64,000 nucleotides of DNA from a virus: the IMG/VR virus record IMGVR_UViG_3300026487_000001; one strand, 5' to 3'. Within the stretch, counting starts at the first letter, position 1. Each line of letters starts with the position of its first letter. The position numbers and the translations under genes are program-made. The notes below the pieces were generated by a model that did not search any database, was not told where the DNA came from, and worked only from the letters and a program-made list of their open reading frames with translations. Of the stretch, positions 37,501-45,519 are shown piece after piece.

Positions 37501-38655
37501 TTTGAACTGACGCAAGGCACTGTTGATACACCAGACTCATTCCCACTGTTCGAGGCAATCGAAGGTCCTGCTGTCGTCTCAGATACGTTCTGGCCTGACT
37601 TCACTGAGGCTCTTTACGTTGTTAGTGACACGTTCATCAACAACTTCATTGAGCATCTGGATGAAGCACCTCAGTATTTCGAAGTGCGTAAGCCTCAGTA
37701 CCGCTCTGGCATCAAGGCTAAGTCTGATCAGATATTGCCGAAGTACACGCAGCCTAAGGGTGTTTATCCTGCTGATGGTCTTGTGCCGAGATACGTTACG
37801 GATCTGGGCCTAAATCATGTTGACCCACTTGTGCCACGCCAAGCATCTGTTGGTGGTGTGTATTCACAAGAGATGACCGAAGCGCGTTATGTTCCACCAG
37901 CTGCGGTATATCATGTTGGGTGGGCAAGACCTCAATGGATAGCAGAGTCACCGACATACAAAGTAGACGCAATGATTGCTGCGTATGTTGACCCTATCTA
38001 CCATCCGATTGTTCTGTTCTTGCCTGAGATTCCGTTTGTGCGTCGCGCACCTATCTCACCAATCTATCATCTGGACCCTTCGACGCCTGAGCGTTCTGAG
38101 CATCCTGTGTGGTACAAGGTAGATACGGCAAAAGGCGATTGGTATCAGACGAAGCTGATTGCTGGACAAGTAGAGGCGTATGGTCCTGCTGCGTATGACA
38201 ACCCTATCGTGTATCGTCACCTGATCGAAGGTCAGAACATCGGTACAAGTCAGTCCGCCAAGACTGATCAGATGAAGGGACGTCAGATCAACTCAAGCAA
38301 GGTCATCGCTGTTGCTCGTCAGGCAGGTAATCCTGTTACGCCTAAGCCTATTCGTGTTGAGATTCAGAAGACGCGTAAGGCTAACAGTAAAGTCTATGCA
38401 GTTCTTGCGCCTGTAGTTGAGGCGTGGACTGTAGAGCCTAACCACGGTTCGATTGATAAGCCTCTTGAAGAGGGCTATTTTGCTACGGAACTTGAGGCGC
38501 TACAAAACGCTACTCAGGTCTGGGGCTTCGATCCTTCTGTGGTATATGCTATCCAGCAGCCTAATGGTTACTGGACTTGGGCGCAGATTACCGTGTGCGA
38601 AGAATCTTGTGGTTCTATGTCCTGTGCCGCGAGAGGATATTTAAGCGGGGGTTAA
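34519..38655 (+). CDS. Large virion-associated protein (1378 aa), function unknown
   Basis: Long ORF with GTGAGGTG RBS. Short tandem peptide repeats F-[DP]-L-F-E-L-T-Q-G around 37384-37640. No catalytic motif recognised. Confidence 0.75.
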   Translation: MAEMIPVVSATGVQSWSGNVTVSGHTDTLTFRVSGGTFADSTTEKDIAPSSGSDYAVALAATVTVSASATQPVLLYYKDGDLWVLVHSLSRIFVRPQTKELDYRLVTKGMDAMPLGAAVNPTYGGLVLGGGVRIPTVQDMQQGSVAKFSDFDSTFFDLTKPVSIVHDRAARTLYYIHTDGDVSNTKIFGGMYDVDIAGYKISYDSTGKRSAVVFHESGQIDVLDEAMTQFGEPKQLGYEVNRVVCRRAGVGSNTVDSYVAFDKEGRAHYLNASFAETSVKSDYFYVNGSDSYDVLSTLDGRLIGGNTAAAPASVFWYQFVPSSLLVFGHDGTNIYQFNLRDNVQNVAARPMVANDLVVFNTTASWTSAGGKLVAGMDTNGSNALFDFTTADTPTQTRSGWPYIELLTPPYSQEDTYDRLFYYAARPTTGLKHIAIRDYTVNMPDMSAINLGQTVTFKVVVDAGDPDIGLPITAPAGVTVAATIDVITTDIVDGKEVTTTTTVPVTKVFDGQEVTITLSHAYITSTSFPISIGRSVYQFEMKADDTPNAFAWQNILGIDNDTWNRTEDVTISGINVSVPVSVLVDGVEDYDRVKIYVDGVQAAMPVFIRNNQKLGFEVLHANDTTHIDVTVGQGSSRFGLFTVVEAQIEVGRHWAYMPVGKQVQSDVFKNTGTIPLTLTIDTTDAEFAQGGQSVTLPVNGTTNIKFTPTENKQYTIKFHSDQYSYEWYVWADAQWLGTPAPTKRAERYVMGDSGDLFVDNIPDNFWTYITVPAGMLLDVDGVRVEQELDSRGVYKEQGLHIGPFECADTMLKIYGLPSHDQPHTLMFGNAPFGWLYDMTVDPSYTAYAEHSVQEFDASYVDGVAQAFDAFATRSYEAQGSAVVVVTPVYDPELDRQLQWLEFEDAQTHVGDSTGRTIESDSAIIGQTVAGPEFITGHKYFVDNFRMVDLIARSDIVLDKFDLFELTQGQKDVITTTPLPAFVDKTESVTSDTFPLFELTQGTVDTPDSFPLFEAIEGPAVVSDTFWPDFTEALYVVSDTFINNFIEHLDEAPQYFEVRKPQYRSGIKAKSDQILPKYTQPKGVYPADGLVPRYVTDLGLNHVDPLVPRQASVGGVYSQEMTEARYVPPAAVYHVGWARPQWIAESPTYKVDAMIAAYVDPIYHPIVLFLPEIPFVRRAPISPIYHLDPSTPERSEHPVWYKVDTAKGDWYQTKLIAGQVEAYGPAAYDNPIVYRHLIEGQNIGTSQSAKTDQMKGRQINSSKVIAVARQAGNPVTPKPIRVEIQKTRKANSKVYAVLAPVVEAWTVEPNHGSIDKPLEEGYFATELEALQNATQVWGFDPSVVYAIQQPNGYWTWAQITVCEESCGSMSCAARGYLSGG

Positions 38656-38666
38656 TCCCCGCTTTA
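38644..38666 (+). terminator. Hairpin enclosing the stop codon (weak terminator candidate)
   Basis: AGCGGGG-GTTAA-TCCCCGCT with TAA (38653-38655) in the loop, followed by TTTACCTT. Confidence 0.4.
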
Positions 38667-38678
38667 CCTTGCGCAAGC

Positions 38679-38686
38679 TAATTTCA
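38679..38686 (+). promoter_or_regulatory. TAATTTCA motif copy
   Basis: Intergenic, 31 nt upstream of the ATG at 38718. The flank GCTAATTTCAT is identical to the copy at 53421-53431. Confidence 0.45.
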
Positions 38687-38717
38687 TCGTGTGTTTGTAC
38701 AACATAGAGACAATAAC

Positions 38718-40607
38718 ATGGTACTTTCCGTATCTGCATCTTATCAGGATGCCGTGTCGAAGTACGCGTGGATGAAGTATACAGGTCCTCGTGGAAAAGA
38801 AGTCGCACAACGAACGCATAAGCGCATGATTCGTGAAGGCGATATATTCGGCATCCTTCCGCTGAGAAATGGCGGACGCTACACTCTCATTTTCCCAGAT
38901 ATGCCGCACGTTGACTTCCCGCTCGATAAAGCAACTGGCCTGTTCCTGATGGAACGCGCATCTAAACTGCGTAAAGTGCCAGACGTTGTTAATCGTGATG
39001 GCAAGCGCACCAAGACTGCTGGTGCACAGACGCTACAGCGTCAGTTGATGCGCTCTCAGTTTGATGCCGCACGTTTCAGCCCGCGTAAGGTCAAGTCAGA
39101 AGCTGTTTACGGCATCGACTTTGACAACTACCAGTGGCGCATGGTCGCAAGTCCTGAATACCCTGTGAAGACTTCTAAGGGTATCACCAAGCTGTACAAG
39201 AACGATATGATTGGTGTTCGTTTCTTGCGTCAGGGTAAAGGCGGCATCGTCATTAACTCTGAGGGCATGTTCCTGAAAGTTGACGACGCGCAATACGACC
39301 TGTTGATTCATGACACCAATATTCTTCCTATGAATGACTGGCCGAAAGGCACTGTTGACGTAGATACGATTAAGGCTTATCGTCGTGTTGTGCGTCGTGC
39401 TCGTCGTCGTTCTCAGGAAGAGCAGGAAGAAGCAACACGCTTGGCCAACAACGCAAAAGTTCTGGAGCAGAAGCAACAACGCAAAGAACTCCAGAAAGAA
39501 GCGCGTAAGAAAGCCTTAGAGCGTTCTGCTGAAATGCGTGACCTGCGTAACAAGGTTAAGTCAGGTGAGATCGAAGCACCTAAAGCCGAAGTGCGTACTG
39601 TCTACGAAGATGGTATCGACCGTCGCGGTAAGCGTATTCGTGTGGTTGAAGAAGAAATTCTGGATGACGAGATCGAAGAAGTAGGTATCGATCTTGATCT
39701 TGACGAGCAGAAGCTGGAAGATATTCTGTCTCGCAGTCCATTCGCTGGCGATGCGTTCAACATCGAAGATTCTGTAGGCTCACTGTTTGGTGGTGATGAC
39801 TCAGAAGACCACGAAGAACCTTCTCTCGACCTGTCTGATATTGACGAACCGGAAGAAGATGAGGAAGATACACCTCCGCCTAAGGTTCGTGCTAAAGGCA
39901 AGAAAGCTGCGCCTGCTCCGGCCGAAGAAGAGGATGAGGAAGAAGAACCTTCAGAAGATGAAGACACTTCCGAAGATGGCGGCGAAGAAGAGGAAGACAC
40001 CGATGTGGAAGAAGACTCTGACGATAGCGATACAGACGATTCTGATGAGGGAGATGACTCCGACGACGAATCCGTGGATGATGACGATGCCGACGACGGA
40101 GGAGCTGATTCAGAAGGTGAAGATGACGCAGAAGGTGACGACAGCGACGAAGATACCTCCGATGCCGAGGATGATGCAGACGCATCTGATGCAGTAGACG
40201 AAACTTCCGCTGACGAAGACACGGACTCTGATGTTGCTGCCGCCGAGCAGGAATCGAAAGAGACAGCGAAGAAAATCGCTGCTGCCAACAAATCTACTCC
40301 AAGCGCTCGCGCAGAAGAGGCAGAAGAAGGCGACGTGCTCCAGTTCCGCGCTGACGCTAAGTTGAAACGTGATTGGGTTGTGCTGCGTGTTAGCACTCAC
40401 TCCAAGTCCGACAACATCGTTATCTATACGCTGTACGATATTACCAACAGTCCTGATGAAGTGCGTCAGGTACGTGTTAACCGTGCACGTAAACAGAACC
40501 TCTTTGACTATGCAGAACATGTGAAGGATATGGCGCCTAAGCTGTTCAATCGTGTGCTCGACATGGCCGAAGATTATCCCGTCAACAAAGACCCAATCGC
40601 CAGCTAG
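38718..40607 (+). CDS. Hyperacidic protein with two N-terminal copies of a recurrent small domain
   Basis: ATG at 38718 (the GTG at 38691 is also possible). K/R/E-rich helical stretch, then a ~200-aa D/E/S tract (~39648-40250), then a C-terminal domain. Confidence 0.75.
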   Translation: MVLSVSASYQDAVSKYAWMKYTGPRGKEVAQRTHKRMIREGDIFGILPLRNGGRYTLIFPDMPHVDFPLDKATGLFLMERASKLRKVPDVVNRDGKRTKTAGAQTLQRQLMRSQFDAARFSPRKVKSEAVYGIDFDNYQWRMVASPEYPVKTSKGITKLYKNDMIGVRFLRQGKGGIVINSEGMFLKVDDAQYDLLIHDTNILPMNDWPKGTVDVDTIKAYRRVVRRARRRSQEEQEEATRLANNAKVLEQKQQRKELQKEARKKALERSAEMRDLRNKVKSGEIEAPKAEVRTVYEDGIDRRGKRIRVVEEEILDDEIEEVGIDLDLDEQKLEDILSRSPFAGDAFNIEDSVGSLFGGDDSEDHEEPSLDLSDIDEPEEDEEDTPPPKVRAKGKKAAPAPAEEEDEEEEPSEDEDTSEDGGEEEEDTDVEEDSDDSDTDDSDEGDDSDDESVDDDDADDGGADSEGEDDAEGDDSDEDTSDAEDDADASDAVDETSADEDTDSDVAAAEQESKETAKKIAAANKSTPSARAEEAEEGDVLQFRADAKLKRDWVVLRVSTHSKSDNIVIYTLYDITNSPDEVRQVRVNRARKQNLFDYAEHVKDMAPKLFNRVLDMAEDYPVNKDPIAS

Positions 40608-40608
40608 A

Positions 40609-40617
40609 CTGTAAATA
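40609..40617 (+). promoter_or_regulatory. CTGTAAATA motif copy (upstream of ligase)
   Basis: Exact 9-mer in the intergenic gap, 28 nt upstream of the ATG at 40646. Confidence 0.5.
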
Positions 40618-40645
40618 CCAGTGTTACTGACGAATGGAGAATAAC

Positions 40646-42592
40646 ATGCAAATCTCTTTGAAGCGGCTCGAAAAGAATCCTGATAAGATTCTCGACACGC
40701 TCAATTTGACGCAGGCAACGAAACTTGTGGCGCATCTTGATGATGCGTTCCACACTGATTCGGAAGGTCTGATATCGGACGCGGTGTACGATTACATCCG
40801 TACATACATAGACAAGCGCTGGCCTAAGTCTAAGCTGGCGCGTAAAGTCGGTGCGCGTGATGACTCTGACGTTAAGCTGCCTGTGCCAATGGCAAGTCTT
40901 GACCAGTTCACACTTGGTGGTAAGCAATTAACAAAAGCTCTCGCCGAAGACGTGGACTGGATTCTGACTGACAAGCTCGACGGCCTGAGTATTGAAATCG
41001 TCTACGAAGGTGGCGTACCTGTTCGTGCGCTTACTCGTGGTGATGCAACTCACGGCAAAGACGTGTCGCAGCATCTGCCTGCAATGCGTATTCCTCAGAA
41101 AATCTCTGAGAAGGGCCAAGTGGTGTTACGCTGTGAAGCGTTAATCCCATACAAGACCTTTATGGCAAAGCTGCATGAGTCTGCTGGTGGTCGCTTCAAA
41201 GCCGCACGTAACGCTGCATCGGGTCTTGTTCGTAACTTCGAAACAGCCAAAGAGTTCAAGTACGTCCACATGGTGTGCTTCGGTATCATCGGCGGTAAAG
41301 GTGCTACGCTCAAACAGTCTTCGCAGTTCAAGCTGCTGGAGAAATGGGGATTCGAAGTAGTTCGCCACTTCGGCCCTATGCGTTTTGAGTCGGAAGAAGA
41401 ACTCATTCCGTGGCTGGATAAACGCATCGCTAAGGCGAAGTATGAACTCGACGGCATCGTAATGACCCGTGATGTTCCTACGCCGAAAGCTACTGCGAGC
41501 AATCCTAAACACGCTTTCAAGTTCAAGATGAACGTTGAGTCAGACACTGTTAACGTGACTGTCAAAGACGTAATCTATCAAGAGTCCAAGTACGGTGTGC
41601 TGGCTCCTGTTGCAATCTTCCCGCCTACTGTTATGCCTGGCGGTGTTACGGTTGAACGTGCTTCTGCGCACAACGGTTTCTACGTTGAGCACGGCTATCT
41701 CAAGCCGAAGAAGAAAGGTGCTGTCATGGGACCTAAGCGTCCTCTTGGCCCAGGTGCTAAGGTTAAGTTGATTCGAAGCGGCAAGGTAATCCCATACATC
41801 ATGGAGATTCTCAAGCCTGCTAAGAAGCCTAAGCTGCCTGACGTACAGTACAAGATCAATGGCGTTGAGTTCGTTGCTAAGACGAAGACCAGTGCTGCTG
41901 ACTCTCGTATGCTTGGCTCGTTCTTGAAAGGGCTTGACGTTGCGAACACTGGACCGAGTACGTGTAAGCTGCTTGTTGCTTCTGGCGTTAAAACTCCTCA
42001 GCAATTGTTCATGACTCCTATGGCAACGCTGCGTGAGATCGTTGGTGACTCTCGTGGTCGTCAACTTGCCAAAGACCTGAAAGCGTTGAAAGCTGGCGTG
42101 CCGATGAATACGTGGCTTAAAGCTACCGCTTCATACTTCATGCGCGGCGCTAACACAACGTTTGATAAGGTTGTTGATGCTGTGCCTAACCTCGAATCTT
42201 ATTTGAAGAAAGGTAATACTGCTGACCTAGCAACAAAGATTAGCAGTATGCACGGTGTTGATAAGCTGGCGCCACAGATCGCAGATGCGGCCATTAAGTC
42301 TTATCTGATGGCTGTTGAGATGGAAGTGACTCTCGTTGCTCCGAAGAAGGTGAAGGTGGTTAGCGCCAAACTGAAAGGGATTAACGTAGCATTCACCGGC
42401 ATCCGCGATAAAGAATTGATGCAGCGTATTGTCCAACTTGGCGGTACGGCGTCTGACAGCATGAAAGCTGATACGACGATACTGATCGCTAAAGACCCTG
42501 GCTCTGGTTCCGCGAAGCTACAGAAAGCGATTGACAAGGGCATTCCTGTTATGAGCATTGCGGAGTTCAAGAGCAAATACAAACTGGAGTGA
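40646..42592 (+). CDS. NAD-dependent DNA ligase (LigA-type)
   Basis: Adenylation motif TDKLDGLS (KxDG 40973-40984). Domain order is LigA-like. C-terminal BRCT-like GINVAFTGIRDKELMQRIVQLGG...IAKDPGSGSAKLQKA. GGAGA RBS before the second ATG. Confidence 0.85.
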   Translation: MQISLKRLEKNPDKILDTLNLTQATKLVAHLDDAFHTDSEGLISDAVYDYIRTYIDKRWPKSKLARKVGARDDSDVKLPVPMASLDQFTLGGKQLTKALAEDVDWILTDKLDGLSIEIVYEGGVPVRALTRGDATHGKDVSQHLPAMRIPQKISEKGQVVLRCEALIPYKTFMAKLHESAGGRFKAARNAASGLVRNFETAKEFKYVHMVCFGIIGGKGATLKQSSQFKLLEKWGFEVVRHFGPMRFESEEELIPWLDKRIAKAKYELDGIVMTRDVPTPKATASNPKHAFKFKMNVESDTVNVTVKDVIYQESKYGVLAPVAIFPPTVMPGGVTVERASAHNGFYVEHGYLKPKKKGAVMGPKRPLGPGAKVKLIRSGKVIPYIMEILKPAKKPKLPDVQYKINGVEFVAKTKTSAADSRMLGSFLKGLDVANTGPSTCKLLVASGVKTPQQLFMTPMATLREIVGDSRGRQLAKDLKALKAGVPMNTWLKATASYFMRGANTTFDKVVDAVPNLESYLKKGNTADLATKISSMHGVDKLAPQIADAAIKSYLMAVEMEVTLVAPKKVKVVSAKLKGINVAFTGIRDKELMQRIVQLGGTASDSMKADTTILIAKDPGSGSAKLQKAIDKGIPVMSIAEFKSKYKLE

Positions 42593-42594
42593 TT

Positions 42595-43512
42595 ATGCTC
42601 TCTTTGCCTTGTACGTTCGACTACTGGCGTAACTATAAGCCACTGGCTCCGAACCTGACAGTGCGGGTGCGTAACTCAGGTGAAACTGAGATAACACTCG
42701 AAAAGATCTTACAGGGCGCTCGTGATGAGGTGACACTGCATAGCCCGACTGAGGGTGTGCTTGATAAGGTGCCAGCTCAAAGAGGTTGGCGCCTTTCTGC
42801 TATTAAGGTCAATGACCCTATGGTAGGCACTGTGCGGCTAAACACTTTCAACGAAGCGTTTATCTACAGTCCGAGAAGTGGTTACGTTGGTGCTGACTGC
42901 TTCTCCTACATCCTGACTAACGGTACGCAACAGTCTGACTCAGGAACGATTACCCTTGATGTTTATCAGTGGTACACGTACCAGATTCTGCTTTACCGAT
43001 TGAACACGCAGAAGACATACCACCGTTTCACTGCGAAGCCGTTCATGAAGTATGCTGCTGGTCAGGAGACTTTGGAGCCTGTTAAGTTTGCGCAGATAAA
43101 CTGGTACTACAATCAGTACCGCGCAGAGACAGACAGCAAAGGTGTAACACGTATCTACAAGCGACGTGTACCTCTTCAATCAACCGTTGCGGATTACACG
43201 TCCTACTATAACCGTCAGACGTATGCGCCGACCGTGATTAATACTGCGGAAGAAATTCGTGCGTACACTTACTTTGACGACTCTCTTGGTGCGGGCTTTG
43301 ATGGAGACTTCTCCAGTCCGTTCGTACCGAAGAACTCACAAGGCGACATTGAACTGGAGATTAGACTCTACACTGAGGAGAAAACAGTTTGGAGTCCTTC
43401 ATTGATGCGAACCATAACGCAAGTCGACCTTGACCTGCCACTTATTCTTGACTATCGCCTGTCTGATATTTACGGCAAGCAGTGGTGGGATAGCGGCAAC
43501 ATTTTAGTATAA
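42595..43512 (+). CDS. Protein with cadherin/Ig-like segment, function unknown
   Basis: GTVRLNTFNEAFIYSPRSGYVGADCFSYILTNGTQQSDSGTITLDV resembles the G.v....G.f.Y.P..g..G.D.F.Y pattern of bacterial cadherin-like domains. Confidence 0.6.
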   Translation: MLSLPCTFDYWRNYKPLAPNLTVRVRNSGETEITLEKILQGARDEVTLHSPTEGVLDKVPAQRGWRLSAIKVNDPMVGTVRLNTFNEAFIYSPRSGYVGADCFSYILTNGTQQSDSGTITLDVYQWYTYQILLYRLNTQKTYHRFTAKPFMKYAAGQETLEPVKFAQINWYYNQYRAETDSKGVTRIYKRRVPLQSTVADYTSYYNRQTYAPTVINTAEEIRAYTYFDDSLGAGFDGDFSSPFVPKNSQGDIELEIRLYTEEKTVWSPSLMRTITQVDLDLPLILDYRLSDIYGKQWWDSGNILV

Positions 43513-43528
43513 CCCAAATGAGGCATGT

Positions 43529-44782
43529 ATGAGAATCTGCGTAGCGGCTATTTGCCGTAATGAAGAAAAGAACATCGGTGAGTGGTTGAAGCACGTTGCT
43601 GGTGCTGATGCAATCAGTATCGTTGACACTGGTAGCGAAGACCAAACCACAAACATCATCTCGGCGTTCACGCACCCTAACCTGTATCATGTGTTCGACG
43701 TATCAGAGGAACGCAATCTAGGTGCGAGTCGTGAACTGGCCGCTACGCCGTTCTCCGAGGACGACCTCGTTGTGTGGCTTGACATTGACGAACGTTTCGA
43801 TGACCCTAATTGGGTTGAGACACTTCGCAATACCAAACACATCAAACATGCCGAAGCTGTTTGGATTATGATGCGTAACGGTGACAGTCATTACCAGCAG
43901 ATGAAAGCGTATCGTCGTCGCTCTTACTTCTGGAAGTATCGTGCGCATGAAGTCCTGTCGTCTCGCAAACCCGATCAGCGTCTGCGTACTGTAGAGGCAA
44001 CGTTCGCAACTGACCACTACCCTGACAACACAAAGCCGCGCGGTTATCTGCTTGAGCTTGGTCTGGACGTGGGTGATTATCCACATGATGATCGTTGCAG
44101 TTTCTACTATGCGCGTGAACTCTGCTATGCCGTGTGCTACGGTGATCGTGCTGACCTGCTTGATGATGCTCGTCGTGAAGTAGATCGCCTCGCTGGCATT
44201 GCTCGCTGGGCTGACTATGTGGCTATCGCTAATATTGAACTGGCGAAAGCGACATTCAAACAGGGATTCACTCAGGAGTCTATCTTTGCGTGTTACCGCG
44301 CGATTGCATTCCGCCCTGATCGCGTTGAGTGCTACGGTATGCTCGCTGACATTTTCTATCGCCACAACGATATGATGAATGCGGTGGGCATGGCCATTCA
44401 AGGCATCGAAGCGACCAAGCAGAATCCAAAAAGTTTCTTGTTTGACCAGACCTCTATTAATTTAGACCTATGTTACGAAACAGCTTATTGGGGCTGTCGT
44501 AATCTCGGTATGGTTGAACCTGCTCTCAACTACCTTGCTCAACTTACCATGCACCGTGGTGAAGATTTGGGTGAAGCAATTCAGAACTCTGGTTTGCTTG
44601 CTTACATGCAGCAGCCTGCTACTCAGGAACAAACAAATGACAGTAAAGCGATTGGTGAGATCGACGTCGGGAGTACGCCGACTGGAGAAAACGCCTCAAC
44701 AGGGGATAGTGAGCAGCGCGGAGCTGACGACTATCAAGTTAGGCGAGTCGTTGACGGCAGCGAACAAAGCCAGCCTGATTAA
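43529..44782 (+). CDS. Family-2 glycosyltransferase fused to TPR-like helical repeats
   Basis: RICVAAICRNEEKNIGEWLKHV..ISIVDTGSEDQT and VWLDIDERF (DxD). Helical-repeat C-terminal half. Confidence 0.7.
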   Translation: MRICVAAICRNEEKNIGEWLKHVAGADAISIVDTGSEDQTTNIISAFTHPNLYHVFDVSEERNLGASRELAATPFSEDDLVVWLDIDERFDDPNWVETLRNTKHIKHAEAVWIMMRNGDSHYQQMKAYRRRSYFWKYRAHEVLSSRKPDQRLRTVEATFATDHYPDNTKPRGYLLELGLDVGDYPHDDRCSFYYARELCYAVCYGDRADLLDDARREVDRLAGIARWADYVAIANIELAKATFKQGFTQESIFACYRAIAFRPDRVECYGMLADIFYRHNDMMNAVGMAIQGIEATKQNPKSFLFDQTSINLDLCYETAYWGCRNLGMVEPALNYLAQLTMHRGEDLGEAIQNSGLLAYMQQPATQEQTNDSKAIGEIDVGSTPTGENASTGDSEQRGADDYQVRRVVDGSEQSQPD

Positions 44783-45518
44783 CGCTTTCGAATTGGCCGC
44801 GCGTAAAAAGCTCGGCCAGCCTATTAAGCCGGAAGATATTCTGAGCGTGGCGAAACGTACTGTTGTTCCTGCCATCGCTGCGCGTATCTACACAGAGATT
44901 GCTAACTCGACCGAGAAGCAGACGTTCATGACTCTTGCGCGTCTGGCTATCGGCCTGTCTGAAATCTACTGTAAGAAGGCTGGCCTGACTGCTGGTTCAC
45001 AAGGCACTCAGATGCCTGTGATCTTAGGCGGCTACTTCCTTAATCGTGTGCTGGAAGACAGCTCCAGCACTATCGCACAAATCAACGCAATCGAACTTCC
45101 TATTGAGCAGAAGTTTGCCGCGCTGTTTGAATCTTTCTGGGGTTCGCTTGATGTTGAAGCAATCAAAGAAAAGATGATGCCACGTTCTGAGTCATCGTCG
45201 CGTGTGACCTTCAAAACGCTCAAGGCCTCTGACATTTATAAAGGCACTGAGCAGGTCAGTTATGCGATTAACGCTGGTGGGCGTGTGTGCGGTAAGATTG
45301 CGTGGGACAAAGCCTGTGGTGAATGCTCTGATAAATCCACTGGCTGGGTAGTGACGCTGTTTGATGGATTCAATGAAGCTGCCTATCGTTCTGGCCGCAG
45401 TCAGAATCCTCATGAGCCGTTCACTGCCGTCCACAAAGGTGAAGTCAAACTTCATAACCCGACGCGTATGACTCTGGCTCTCGCTAAGTCGTGGGCGCGT
45501 GGTGCGCTGCGAGGTTAA
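44709..45518 (+). CDS. Hypothetical protein (start uncertain)
   Basis: ORF open from 44514. GTG at 44709 preceded by AGGGGA. Overlaps the end of the glycosyltransferase gene. Confidence 0.5.
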   Translation: MSSAELTTIKLGESLTAANKASLINAFELAARKKLGQPIKPEDILSVAKRTVVPAIAARIYTEIANSTEKQTFMTLARLAIGLSEIYCKKAGLTAGSQGTQMPVILGGYFLNRVLEDSSSTIAQINAIELPIEQKFAALFESFWGSLDVEAIKEKMMPRSESSSRVTFKTLKASDIYKGTEQVSYAINAGGRVCGKIAWDKACGECSDKSTGWVVTLFDGFNEAAYRSGRSQNPHEPFTAVHKGEVKLHNPTRMTLALAKSWARGALRG

Positions 45519-45519
45519 C

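Noticed and set aside
39602-40396. 264-aa Ser-rich ORF on the minus strand. The 190-aa ORF at 48583-49155 (-) is of the same kind.
   Set aside because: These are antisense shadows of GAA/GAC/GAT-rich acidic tracts, because TCx/GTC codons stay open on the reverse strand. They have no RBS and are monotonous poly-Ser. They lie fully inside well-supported + strand genes.
44514-44708. ATG 44514 (or 44637) as the start of the gene ending at 45518.
   Set aside because: It would create a 146-269-nt overlap with the glycosyltransferase gene. The translated extension is hydrophobic and Cys/Leu-rich and looks non-genic. Weak or no RBS.
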